Below are positions 1 through 11,062 of a stretch of DNA of 64,000 nt, one piece after another. The notes beneath the pieces are model-generated. The model was not told the origin of the DNA, made no database searches, and worked only from the letters and a program-made list of their open reading frames with translations. Position 1 is the stretch's first letter. The number at the start of each line of letters is the position of its first letter. Position numbers and translations under genes: made by a program. This DNA is from Octopus sinensis (taxonomy: Eukaryota), in NCBI RefSeq assembly GCF_006345805.1, contig NC_042999.1:51088001-51152000 (forward strand), in the 5' to 3' direction.

Positions 1-268
1 CTGCACATGAAATTAATGTACAAGTAGCTGAGCACTCCACAGACACACATACCCTTCATTTAGTTCTCAGAGAGATTTAGCATGACACAGAATGTGACAA
101 GGCTGGCCCTTTGAATTACAGGTACAGTTTATCTTCACCAGCTGAGAGTACTGGAGTAATGTTAAATAAAGTATATTGTTCAAGGACCCAAGATGTTGCC
201 AGGAATTGAATTCATGTCCTCATGATCATGAGCTGAATATCCTAACCACTAAGCCATGCACCTTCACA
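1..268 (-). mobile_element. tRNA-derived SINE, family D, runs off the window edge
   Basis: Reverse complement has an A-box-like TGGCTTAGTGG and a B-box-like GAATTCAATTCC. The body matches copies at ~19215-19550, 32180-32375, 41822-42070, 49150-49320 and 49765-49885. Confidence 0.75.
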
Positions 269-387
269 CCACTTAAGTACATCAAGAATTGTACTTTTAA
301 CTGTTCTATATTTTAGAGATGAAGAATTCTGTACATTATTTACATTATTTACATTGGGCGGATATATGTCCTCATCTTGTTTGTTGT

Positions 388-435
388 TACCACAATGTTT
401 CGGCTGATTTACTCTCTAGCCTTCATCAGGTGTCC
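388..435 (-). ncRNA. Minimal type I hammerhead ribozyme-like motif (decayed)
   Basis: Reverse complement reads GACAC CTGATGA AGGCT agagagtaaat CAGCC GAAAC ATT GTGG: conserved core, stem II and partial stem I. Confidence 0.65.
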
Positions 436-713
436 TGGTAGAATTTTGAACCCAACCCTGGGTTCTCATTCCTAAGGTATTTTGTTGCTGATGTTATTAT
501 TATTATTATTATTATCATCATCATTATTTATTCAATGCACTGCCTAGGATTGAATGGGTATATAGCGTAATGGTTAAGAGTGCAAGCTACTAACCCCAAG
601 ATTGTGAGTTCAATTCCAGGCAGTGCCTTGAATAAATAATAATAATAATAATAAACATCAGCAACAAAATACCTTAGGAATAAGGACCCAGGTTTGGGTC
701 CAAAATTCTACCA

Positions 714-757
714 GGACACCTGATGAAGGCTGGTGAGTAAATCAGCCAAAACGTGGT
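714..757 (+). ncRNA. Minimal hammerhead ribozyme-like motif (GAAAC mutated to AAAAC)
   Basis: GACAC CTGATGA AGGCTG gtgagtaaat CAGCC AAAAC GT. Confidence 0.55.
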
Positions 758-926
758 AACAACAAACAAGATGAGGATGAGGATACATATCCATCCAATG
801 TAAATAATGTAAATAATGTATACTTTTAACTGTATTGCTAAATCAGTTAAATACGTGAAATACTGTTCTTTTCTAATGTTGTTCCAAAGTTATATATTCT
901 TCACTACAACAACGGGGACGATGACA

Positions 927-1109
927 GGCACAGGCATGGTTGTGCGGGTAAGTAGCTTGCTTTGCTACCACATGACTCAGGGTTCAGTCCCACTGTATGA
1001 CATTTTGAGTAAGTGTCTTCTGCTACAATCTCACGTTAATCAATGCCTTGTGAGTAAATCTGGTAAATGGAAACTGTGTGGAAACCTGTTGTACATGTGT
1101 GTGTGTATG

Positions 1110-1147
<38 letters not shown>

Positions 1148-1357
1148 TGTGTTTAGACTCCCACCGCTTGACAACTGGTGTTGGTCTGTTCAGATTTCTG
1201 TAACTTAGTGGTTCCACAAAAGAAATCGATAGAATAAGGGCCAGTCTTAAAAAAGAAAATGAAAGTGTTGGGATCAATTTGTTCACCTAAACATTTCAAG
1301 GCAGTGCCCCAGCATGGCCACAGTCCAATGACTGAAACAAGTAAAAGATAAAAGATA
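927..1357 (+). mobile_element. tRNA-derived SINE, family A (head, internal TG microsatellite, tail)
   Basis: Head GGTAAGTAGCTTGCT..GGGTTCAGTCCCACT; tail ..CAGCATGGCCACAGTCCAATGACTGAAACAAGTAAAAG. More than 20 related copies occur in the window. Confidence 0.85.
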
Positions 1358-1368
1358 AAGTAAACTAT

Positions 1369-1560
1369 GCATAGGAGTGGCTGTGTGGTAAGTAGCTTGC
1401 TTACTAACCACATGGTTCTGAGTTCAGTCCCACTGTGTGGCACCTTGGGCAAGAGTCTTCTACTATAGCCTCGGCGCGACCAAAGCCTTGTGCGTGGATT
1501 TGGTAGACAGAAAATGTCTATACATACTATACATGCATATATATATATATATATACATGC

Positions 1561-1605
<45 letters not shown>

Positions 1606-2141
1606 AAAACTTATATGGTAACGGACAATATGTCCAATTTTTTGCATATTTGGCATTAGAAATTTTTTCGTTTGCCCTTATTTATAAGTTGTTTATAATT
1701 TTAACTTTTAAAGGTATTTTTTAATATGCTGGCCATTGATAAAATTTTTTTTTTCGGAAAAAAAAATTTTATCCGGACTCTCTCACTCTGTGAGAGCCTC
1801 AGTTCAAATCGTACATGTCTTGAATGGGCTGGAGTATTTCTATTTTGGATGTATTTGGGGTACTTAATTGTGCTCATGACTTAGTGTTTTGCTTTTTCCA
1901 TGGGTATGAGTAAGTATCTCATTTATTTCTTTGCCACATTTATTACTGATGAAGGGAGGGTTCTTATGAACCAACCCTGAAATCGGTCCGATATGGTAAT
2001 AATGGAATTTTTTAGAAATTTCTGTTGGATTTTTTTTTGAGTAGCGTGCGTATTGTGAAAAATTATATGGTAATGGACAATATGTCCAATTTTCGGCATA
2101 TTTGGCATTAGAAATTTGTTCGTTTGCCCTTATTTATAAGT

Positions 2142-2175
<34 letters not shown>

Positions 2176-2400
2176 CATGTGTGTATATATTTGTGTGTCT
2201 GTGTTTGTCACCCCAACATTGCTTGACAACTGATACTGGTGTGTTTACGTCGCCATAATTTAGCGTTCAGCAAAAGAGACCGATGGAATAAGTACTAGGC
2301 TTCCAAAGAATAAGTCGTGGGGTCGATTTGCTCGACTAAAGGCAGTGCCCCAGCATGGCCACAGTCAAATGACTGAAACAAGTATGAGTAAAAGAGTAAC
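1369..2400 (+). mobile_element. SINE family A split by an insert in its central microsatellite
   Basis: Head 1369-1520 and tail ~2190-2400, with a ~540-bp insert bounded by ~90-bp direct repeats (1601-1690, 2054-2142). Confidence 0.7.
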
Positions 2401-2423
2401 AATGTGCATTAGACATCATTCTG

Positions 2424-2470
<47 letters not shown>

Positions 2471-2512
2471 CACACACTCACATGCACACACACACATGAG
2501 TGCATACACATG

Positions 2513-2712
2513 AGGAAGTGGTGAAAAGTTCCTGGCTTTGAATAAAATAAAATATAGGAGGATCAGTTAATTGTGATTTTATTCGACATATTCCCCTCTC
2601 AGATTCACACACTTATTGCAGCAGTCCTTCAGTTTTTACAAGCTCTGTAAAAGGTTGGGCCTCCAACCAGCACTTTCACAATACCCTTAAAACCTGGTAC
2701 TTTGCAGCACCC
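2513..2712. mobile_element. Mariner-like MITE (~200 bp)
   Basis: Ends GTGGTGAAAAGTTCCTGGCTTT and AAAACCTGGTACTTTGCAGCACCCC are imperfect inverted repeats. Opposite-orientation copies at ~3782-3990 and ~43790-43965. Confidence 0.65.
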
Positions 2713-2874
2713 CATGGTACATATATGATGCTTGCCTCATCTTCTCAGATGAAAGCTATCTCACATAAGTGAGACATCTTTACATCATTGGATTTAAGTA
2801 ATAAAAGTTTGCACAATACTTTTGACATTCTCTTGGTCATCACAGTAGATTCCAGTGGCAAATATTCTTTTCCA

Positions 2875-3535
2875 CGCTAAGCACAAGGCCTGAAATTTTT
2901 AGCGAGAGTGCCAGTCAATTAGATCAACCCCAGTACCCAACTGGTACTTAATTTATAAACCCCGAAAGATGAAAGGCAAAGTCGACCTTGGCAAAATTTG
3001 AACACAGAATATAAAGACAGAAGAAATACCTCTAAGTATTTCACCTGGTATGCTAACGTTTCTTATTTCTTTATTGCTAAACATAGAGGGGACAAACAAG
3101 GACAGACAAAGGGATTAAGTCGATTACATTGACCCCAGTGCATAACTGGTACTGAATTTATCGACCCTGAAAGGATGAAAGGCAAAGTCGACCTCGATGG
3201 AATTTGAACTCAGAACGTAACGGCAGACAAAATACCTATTTCTTTATTACCCACAAGGGGCTAAACATAGAGGGGACAAACAAGGACAGACATAGGTATT
3301 AAGTCGATTACATCGACACCAGTGCGTAGCTGGTACTTAATTTATCGACCCCGAAAGGATGAAAAGCAAAGTCGACCTCGGCAGAATTTGAACTCACAAT
3401 GTTGCGCCAGACGAAATACCGCTAAGCATTTCGCCCGGCACGTTAACGTTTCTGCCAGCTCGCTGCCTTAGTGGCAGACAAAATACCGCTAAGCATTTTG
3501 CCCAGCATGCTAATGTTTCTGCCAGCTCACTGCCT
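2875..3535 (-). mobile_element. SINE family B multimer
   Basis: Three repeats of the core CCCGAAAGGATGAAAGGCAAAGTCGACCTCGGCGGAATTTGAACTCAGAA. The core resembles the MetaSINE/Sauria-type central domain (from memory, unverified). Confidence 0.8.
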
Positions 3536-3781
3536 TTTCAGTGACAATTATTGCAAGATGACTGATATTATTTTGGCCACAAGTTTTATGTCTGAGCATC
3601 GTTCTCCCTAGAAGAGCTACCCACCTCATGGTGTGCTGTGTTCTTGCGCAGAACACACCATTTCACATTGCTCTAGTCCATTCAACTGTACATGAGTTCC
3701 AGCAAAAGCTGGGGAGTTAACCCTGTGACAGATGGCATCTCATTCAGGGTGGGTGAATGGTATAATATCAGTTACTTACAA

Positions 3782-3990
3782 AGGGGTACTGAAAAGTTCT
3801 TGGCTTTAAGGGTATCGTGAAAGACTTGGTTGGAGGCCCAACCTTCTGAGTTCTTTTACAAGCCTTAGAAAAACTGAAGGACCACTGCAATAAGTATGTG
3901 AATCTGAGAGGGGAATATGCTGAATAATATAATAATTAACTGATCTTCCTGTATTTTCTTATACTGAAAGCCAGGAATTTTTCAGTACCC
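3782..3990. mobile_element. Mariner-like MITE, second copy
   Basis: TIRs GGGGTACTGAAAAGTTCTTGGCTTT and AAAGCCAGGAATTTTTCAGTACCC. Confidence 0.7.
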
Positions 3991-4338
3991 ACCTTGTATA
4001 TGCCATAGAAAATGGATTACAAGTTCCAGGCTTCATGAGAGAACTGTTCCTTCTGTTAACTACTCTGAGTGGAGAAGATGCTTCATACACAGTAGTTAAC
4101 AATAAGTATAGGTCAAAGTCCCTCTAAAATTAGTGATTCTCAGTTCCACTTCCATATTTAGGACTTATTTCTCCTAATTCTTTCACCAATTCAGTTATGA
4201 GTTCCAGCAACCCATTCCAGCAAGGAAAACAAACGTTAAATGAGGATGATGGTGGTGGGAATGCTGCTGCTGTTGTTGTTGTTGTTGTTGTTGTTAAGCA
4301 ACAAGACGGGTAAGAGTGATTAGGTGTTGGTCTAGGGC

Positions 4339-4564
4339 TTAGGGGCAGGAGACCCAAGACCTTGGAGAAAAAAAAAGCTTTGGTCGTCTTGTAGTCAAGG
4401 GCTCTTCGTTGATGCCCGACACCACTGGGAGGTGGCCCTCGAAGTCGCTGGAAACGGAGATCTCCAGGTCCAAATTCTTGAACAGCTGCTGCTGCTGGTG
4501 GTGACAGTGGCAGTGGCAGTGGTGGTGGCGTTGGCAGTGGTGGTGCTGGTGGTGATTTTGGTGG
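4339..4564 (-). CDS. Candidate coding (possibly terminal) exon of an unidentified host gene: HQNHHQHHHCQRHHHCHCHCHHQQQQLFKNLDLEISVSSDFEGHLPVVSGINEEPLTTRRPKLFFSPRSWVSCP*
   Basis: The non-repetitive segment has mostly G/C-ending codons (CTG TTC AAG..GAC CTG GAG ATC TCC..GAC TTC GAG GGC CAC CTC) in an AT-rich context. A possible acceptor TTGTTGTTAG has its AG at 4566-4565; the stop is TAA at 4341-4339. No homolog recognised. Confidence 0.35.
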
Positions 4565-4584
4565 CTAACAACAACAATGATGGC

Positions 4585-4616
<32 letters not shown>

Positions 4617-5149
4617 GCTCTTCTGTTATGGTTTGATCATTAACTATAATAAACAATAGGGTTATGTGTATATATTATAACGTAGACTGAGTTAATGAAA
4701 GTTAAGTATCTTGGCAATAGACAGAGTATAGTGCCAATGACAAGACTTCATATCTAACACAAATAACCATGTAAACCAATAAGTTTATGATATTATATCC
4801 AATCGGTTCCAGCAGCTGCATTTCTTGTAACATAGTAATTATCTTTGTGGCAAACAGTTTCTGAAACAAAAGTCTCAAGAACACGTGAACAATTCTTCGA
4901 AGAAATACAAGACAAAAAAATAAAAGAATAAGAAACATAGGAGGGCTTCTGGCAAAACAGTTTCTTGAAAAAAAAAAAAAAACGAAAAGGAAAGAAAGCT
5001 AGACTGGAGTTATTTTAACGATACAACAATTAATGATTCTGCTTATTCTGATAGACAGTAACGAGATAGGAGAGAAGTACGACAGTTACAGACTCGATAT
5101 GAAAGAGAAATGAAGCAATTCTTGTAGCCATTCGATTTCATAATTATTT

Positions 5150-5910
5150 TCATTACATTCCTCCTCCTCCTCTTCTGCTTCCTCCTGCTCCTCATCATCA
5201 TCCTCATCAACAACAAAGCAACAGTAGCATCACTGTTACCATCAGCCACATTTTCATTGTCGTCATCATCGTTGTGTCATCATCATCATCATTGTCATCG
5301 TTGTTGTTGTTGTCATTGTCATCGTCACATTGCAGTTGTCTCATCATCATCATCATTATCGTTATCATTATGCACATCATCATCCTTATTCTCCTCCTCA
5401 TCATCATCATTGTTATCATCGTCATTATTCTCCTCCTTCTCGTTATCATCATCATTATTCTCCTCCTCTTCCACCTCCTCTTTATCATCATCGTCATCAT
5501 CATCCTTATTCTCCTCATCCTCATCATCACTATCGTCGTCATTATTCTCCTCCTTCTCATTATCATCATCATTATTCTCCTCCTCTTCCTCCTCCTCCTT
5601 ATCATCATCGTTATCATCATCATTATTCTCCTCCTCCTTCTCATTATCATCATCATTATTCTTCTCCTCCTTCTCATTATCATCATCCTTATTCTCCTCA
5701 TCCTCATCATCATTATCGTCGTCATTATTCTCTTCCTTCTCATTATCATCATCATTATTCTCCTCCTCTTCCTCCTCCTCCTTATCATCATCGTCATCAT
5801 CATCATTATTCTCCTCCTCCTTCTCATTATCATCATCATTATTCTCCTCTTCCTCCTCCTCCTCCTCCTTATCAACATCATTATTCTCCTCATCATCATC
5901 ATCATTACCT
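5150..5910. repeat. Higher-order triplet minisatellite (TCA/TCC/ATT modules)
   Basis: A module of roughly 100-120 bp recurs about three times (minus-frame translation KEEEEEEENNDDDNEKEENNDDD..EDEENKDDD). Confidence 0.9.
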
Positions 5911-6087
5911 ACCACTATATCTGTATTAGTGCTGTCATTATTACCACTACCTTTCAGGCAGCAGACTAGCAGAATCATTAACTGCTGGCCAAAATACTTA
6001 GCAGCATGTAGTCCATCTTTACATTCTGAGTTAAAATTTTGCCTCTCATTCTTTTCAGCTTGTGAAATGGTGAAACATGAAATAAAA

Positions 6088-6248
6088 TACATTATTTACA
6101 TTTAACGGATATTTGTCCTCATTTTGTTTGTTGTTAACACAATGTTTCAGCTGATATACCCTCCAGCCTTCATCAGGTGTCTTGGAGAAATTTTGAACCT
6201 GGGTTCTCATTCCTAAGGTATTTTTCAATGTTATTATTACTATTATTA

Positions 6249-6293
<45 letters not shown>

Positions 6294-6373
6294 TCACTGC
6301 TTGAAATCGAACTCGGAATCTTGTGGTTCGATTCCAGACAGTGACCTGTATAATAATAATAATAATAATAATA
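6088..6373. mobile_element. Second locus of the tRNA-head/hammerhead foldback element
   Basis: 6088-6322 is the reverse complement of the same tail, (AAT)n and B-box segment as 609-820. It is followed directly by GTGGTTCGATTCCAGACAGTGACCTG(AAT)n in forward orientation. Confidence 0.75.
6135..6184 (-). ncRNA. Minimal type I hammerhead ribozyme-like motif
   Basis: Reverse complement reads AAGACAC CTGATGA AGGCTG gagggtatat CAGCT GAAAC ATT GTGTT. Stem I is ACAC/GTGT. Confidence 0.7.
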
Positions 6374-7490
6374 AACCACAAAACTACAGACCTATAACCT
6401 GTCTCCCTACAATTTACAAAGCCTTTACTGCAATAATATCGCAGAGATTGAGCGAGCATCTGGAAGAAAACAACCTGTTTCCAGAAGAGCAGAAGATCAA
6501 TAAAGCCATAACTGAAGACAGCTGCTGAAAGAAGAAAGTCCTCAGTATGGCCTGGATCAACTACCAAAAGGCTTTTGATTGTATTCCCCACACGTGGATC
6601 CTTGAAACACTAGCCAAGAACAAGGTAGCACCAATAATTATAAGATTCATAAGACACTCTATGTATAAATGGAAGACAGTGCTACATCTCCAAACAAAAG
6701 AGGGGCTCGTAAAAACTAAAGCTATTCCCATTAGAAGAGGAATATTCCAGGGAGACACGCTCTCTCCACTCCTTTTCTGCTTGGCACTGTCACCTCTATC
6801 TGATATGCTAAATAGAACTGGATGCGGATATAAATGTTATGGCAAAACGATCAGCCACCTTTTATATATGGATGACCTAAAACTATACGCTACAAATGGT
6901 AAACAGCTGAAAACACTACTACAGATTTACCAAAGAAATAGATATGAAATTTGGATTAGAAAAATATGCCGGAGCAACCCTGAAAAGAGGAAAAGTAGTT
7001 AAGAGTAGCAACATCACACTAGATAAAGCCAATGAAATAAGAGAATTAGACCAAAGCCAGACATACAAATATTTAGGAATCAATGAACTAGATACGATAC
7101 AACACACACAAATGAAAAAAATAAAGAAAGAATACTATAGACGAGTTAGATCAATACTGAAAACAGAGCTCAATGCTAAAAACAAGATAATAGGTATTAA
7201 CACTTTAGCCGTCCCAATTATAAGTTACAGCTACAATATCCTTAACTGGACACTAAATGAACTAACCAAAATAGACAAGAAAACAAGAAAATAATGACAG
7301 GATCTAGGATGCACCACCCAAAATCTGACATAGAAAGGCTATATATGCAACGTATAGAAAGTGGTAGAGGCCTTATACAGCTGGAAAACTATTATAAAAT
7401 AACCACCATAGGACTGCAAAAATATCTACTTCAGAAGCAAGGAAAACTAATACAGATAGCTACAAAACACAAGCAAAGCAAAAAACTGGT
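6374..7490 (+). pseudogene. R4/Dong-like non-LTR retrotransposon RT fragment (frameshifted, truncated at both ends)
   Basis: Peptides NYRPITCLPTIYK, AWINYQKAFDCIPH, RGIFQGDTLSPLLFCLAL, HLLYMDDLKLYA, YKYLG and HHPKSDIERLYMQRIESGRGL are typical of R4-clade RT. The 5' junction lies in (AAT)n. Confidence 0.85.
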
Positions 7491-7849
7491 GGTAACGGTA
7501 TATATATATATATATATGGGTGATCGTTGTATTCTTTCTTGTCTTGAGGTTCAGAGCCAAATGGCTGGGTGGATTTGTGTGAAAAATGGCACACATGTGG
7601 AGACGGGTGCATAGATTGGAATGTGGTTTGTATTTTTTCCTAGCATCCATACTTACCAAGAAAATCGATTAAAACTTTTCTAATGGAATTCTCCTCTTTC
7701 TTCTGCCATTAAAACGACCAGTTGCTTAGAAGCTGTTTTCTGATGGGGTGGGGTCAGGAAATTTTCATATAACTGGAGGCTCCAATCGAAACAGGGGACC
7801 CGAAATCATGAGGTTGAGAAACGCTGTTATAGATTATGCCTGACCAAAA

Positions 7850-7907
7850 ACGATCACAGCCACATCATCCAAACAGACCGGGTAAAACCAGGCTTAGCTG
7901 CTAGTTT
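7850..7907 (+). mobile_element. Helitron 3' terminus fragment
   Basis: Imperfect hairpin CCGGGTAAAACCAGG followed by CTGCTAGT. Confidence 0.5.
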
Positions 7908-7949
7908 AATTATAAATCTCAGTTTGCGTGTGTTACTAAAATTCCTCAT

Positions 7950-8945
7950 ACGATGATGGTGTTGATGATGATGATGATGATATGATGATGATGATGATGA
8001 TGATGATTATGATGATGATGACAATGATGGTGGTGGTGGTGGTGGTGATGGTAGTGGTTGAAGTAGTGGTTGAGGTGGTGGTATTGATGACGATGATGAT
8101 CATGATCATGATGGTAATGATCATGATGGTGATGCTGATGTTGATGATGATGATGTTGATGATGATGATGATGATGATGATGCTGATGCTGACGATGATG
8201 TTGATGATGATGTCGATGATGATGATAATGGTGGTGGTGGTGGTGATGATGATGATAGCCCATAGCCAAGAGTAACAAACTTTAAATCCGTTACTAAAAG
8301 CAAACAAATATCTCTAAACCATCCTTAATGTAAGATCAGGCCCATCACTAATCACTGAAATGATGCTATAATCATTTGGTGCTGGTGCTGGTGGTACTGG
8401 TGGCGCTGGTGGTAGTTGTGATGGTTGTGGTGGTTGCAGTGGTGGCTGGGATGGCAGCACTAATGGCGATGATGATGGCGGAGGCAGCAGCACAGTGGCA
8501 ACAGAATAAGTAGTTGTGGTGGTGTTGGTCGTGGTGGTGGTGGTGGTGGTGGTAGTGGTGATGGTGGTGGTGGTGGTGGTGGTAGCAGTGAAGGTTGATG
8601 ATGATGATGATGATGGCGGCGGTGGTGGTGGTGGTAGCAGTGAAGGTTGATGATGATGATGATGATGGTGGTGGTTGTGGTGGTGGTGGTGGTGGTGGTA
8701 GCAGTGAAGGTTGATGATGATGATGATGATGTTGATGATGATGATGGTGGTGGTGGTGGTGGTGGTGGTGGTGTGGTGGTGGTGGTAATGGAGGTAATGA
8801 CACCAACAGCAATAGCAACAGTGGTAACAGTGATGGTGATAATGGTGGTCATGTGGGTGGTGGTGGTGGTGGTGGTGGTAGTGGTGGCGGCAGTAGTTGT
8901 AGTGATAGTGGTGATGGCTGTTGTTGCTGTTGTTGTTGTTATTGA
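7950..8945. repeat. Compound (GAT)n/(GGT)n triplet arrays
   Basis: Direct reading; includes a thrice-repeated GGTAGCAGTGAAGGTTGATGATG module at ~8580-8730. Confidence 0.9.
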
Positions 8946-9150
8946 GCAGGCTGAACCGTTAACATGCTGGACAAAATGCTTAGCGGCATTTCGTCCATCC
9001 TTAGCTTCTGAGTTCAAATTCCACCAAGGAGTCAATGAAATAAGTACCAGTTACATGCTGGGGGTGGGTCGATGTAATCGACGGTCCTCTCCCTAAAATT
9101 TCAATACATGTGCCTATAATAGAAAGAGTTATTATTATTATTATAATTAT

Positions 9151-9223
<73 letters not shown>

Positions 9224-9395
9224 GAGCTAGTTGAATCATTAGCACACCAGACAAAATGCTTACCAGCATTTCGTCAGTCTTTACATTCTGAGTTCAAATT
9301 CCACCAGGTTGACTTTGCTTTCCAAACATTTGGGGTCAATGGAATATGTACCAGTTGAGTTCTGGAGTTGATGTAATCGATTTGACCGCTCCCCA
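8943..9395 (+). mobile_element. Two SINE family B copies separated by (ATT/ACT)n
   Basis: AAAATGCTTAGCGGCATTTCG..TTCTGAGTTCAAATTCCACC..TAAGTACCAG motifs. Confidence 0.75.
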
Positions 9396-9396
9396 G

Positions 9397-9975
9397 ACTA
9401 GCTAGATGTCTTGCAAACAACTTGCACATGCAAGTGCTACCAGTCAAGAACTCTGCATACCGGAAACCAGCAAGTGTATGGGGTCATCAGGAGAGAATGT
9501 GCACCGTTTCGGGGCCTACCTCTCAACAGCATCAATGTGCACTACCCCCACTTCACTGATATGAGGCCCCACTTGCTAGATCAACTGGTTATTAAATAAA
9601 GTTCACTATTTCTCTAACCATTGCTCATCATCTCTTTTTAACCAAATCCAGTGGCTAGCCTTCTCCACTGTAGTTTGGATATTGGTCATGGTGGTATTGA
9701 CTTTACAATGAATTAGGCCTAATGATAACAACAGTCGTCTCACACTGTGTCCAACAAACCCTCTACATCCAACTTCGATTGGAAAATGGTCTGCTTTCCA
9801 GCCTGCATCTTCACATTCCTCGAGGAGGTTTACATAACGGTCAATTTTTCGAGCCCGAGCAGCATCCATGTTATCTTCATGAGAAACCGTTAACTCGACT
9901 AAATTTACAACTTTCCTTCTTTCACACCACATCAAAATGTTCAGTTTTTTCGTAACTGGGATGGGAACCTTGTAC
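9397..9975 (-). pseudogene. HERO-like (R2/NeSL group) non-LTR retrotransposon 3' end: restriction-like endonuclease domain plus 3' UTR
   Basis: ORF 9606-9992: ILMWCERRKVVNLVELTVSHEDNMDAARARKIDRYVNLLEECEDAGWKADHFPIEVGCRGFVG..VEKASHWIWLKR matches the HERO-type RLE pattern (ELTVPWE..RK..KY..L..C...GW.....PIEVGCRGF). The PD motif is degraded. Confidence 0.8.
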
Positions 9976-10019
9976 CAAAATTTTCTTATCATTATAACTA
10001 TTTTATTTTTTTTTTATTT

Positions 10020-10241
10020 ACAGTGGCAAACTGGTAGAATCGTTAGCATGCCAAGCACAATGCTTAGTGGCATTCCATCTGTCTATATACAATGTGTTCA
10101 AATTCTGCCAAGGCTGACTTTGCCTTTTCATCCTTTTGAGGTCAATAAAATAAGTACCAGTTATGTGCTGAGGTCAGTGTAATTGACTAGCCCCCTCCCC
10201 CACAATTTCATGCCTTGTGTCTATAGTACAAAAGATTATCA

Positions 10242-10287
<46 letters not shown>

Positions 10288-10497
10288 GGTGGTAAGCTCG
10301 CAGGATCGTTAGCACATTGGAGGAAATGCTTAGCAGTATTTCACCTATCACTACATTATGAGTTCAAATTCCGCTGAGGTTAATTTTGCCTTTCATCCTT
10401 TCAGGGTCGATAAATTAAGTACCAGAAAACCCTACGGTTGATGTAATTGACTCATCCCCTCCCCCAATATTGCTGCCCTTGTGGCAAAATTTGAAAC

Positions 10498-10549
<52 letters not shown>

Positions 10550-10618
10550 TTATTATTATTATTATTGTTATTGTTGTTGTTGTTGTTGTTGTTATTATTA
10601 TTATTATTATTATTATTG

Positions 10619-10689
<71 letters not shown>

Positions 10690-10899
10690 GGTGGTAAGCT
10701 CGCAGGATCGTTAGCACATTGGAGGAAATGCTTAGCAGTATTTCACCTATCACTACATTATGAGTTCAAATTCCGCTGAGGTTAATTTTGCCTTTCATCC
10801 TTTCAGGGTCGATAAATTAAGTACCAGAAAACCCTACGGTTGATGTAATTGACTCATCCCCTCCCCCAATATTGCTGCCCTTGTGGCAAAATTTGAAAC

Positions 10900-10948
<49 letters not shown>

Positions 10949-11021
10949 GTTATTGTTGTTGTTGTTGTTGTTATTATTATTATTATTATTATTATTGTTG
11001 TTATTATTATTATTATTATTA

Positions 11022-11062
<41 letters not shown>

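Larger units (their letters stand above)
332..820. mobile_element. Foldback element: tRNA-like head + (AAT)n + Penelope-type hammerhead tail, preceded by an inverted copy of its 3' part
   Basis: Arms 332-554 and 609-820 are reverse complements. The loop contains the A box TAGCGTAATGG, and the B box GAGTTCAATTCC lies at the loop/right-arm boundary. Both arms carry CTGATGA-AGGCT..CAGCC-(G/A)AAAC. Confidence 0.8.

Noticed and set aside
4790-4896. Other possible minus-strand exons (4790-4896, 14909-15015, ~17200-17337, ~48910-49030, ~52150-52320)
   Set aside because: Only weak or partial splice signals, no codon bias, no recognisable homology, and several have stops in all frames.
5207-6105. Several 200-280 aa ORFs (acidic D/E/N-rich, extensin-like YHHHYSPP, poly-S)
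   Set aside because: Open frames on both strands follow from pure triplet-repeat composition; there is no unique domain or credible splice context.
7500-7720. Penelope ORF remnant (and the similar patch at ~25030-25060)
   Set aside because: Only a short shared motif between (TA)n tracts; no GIY-YIG or RT motif could be read.
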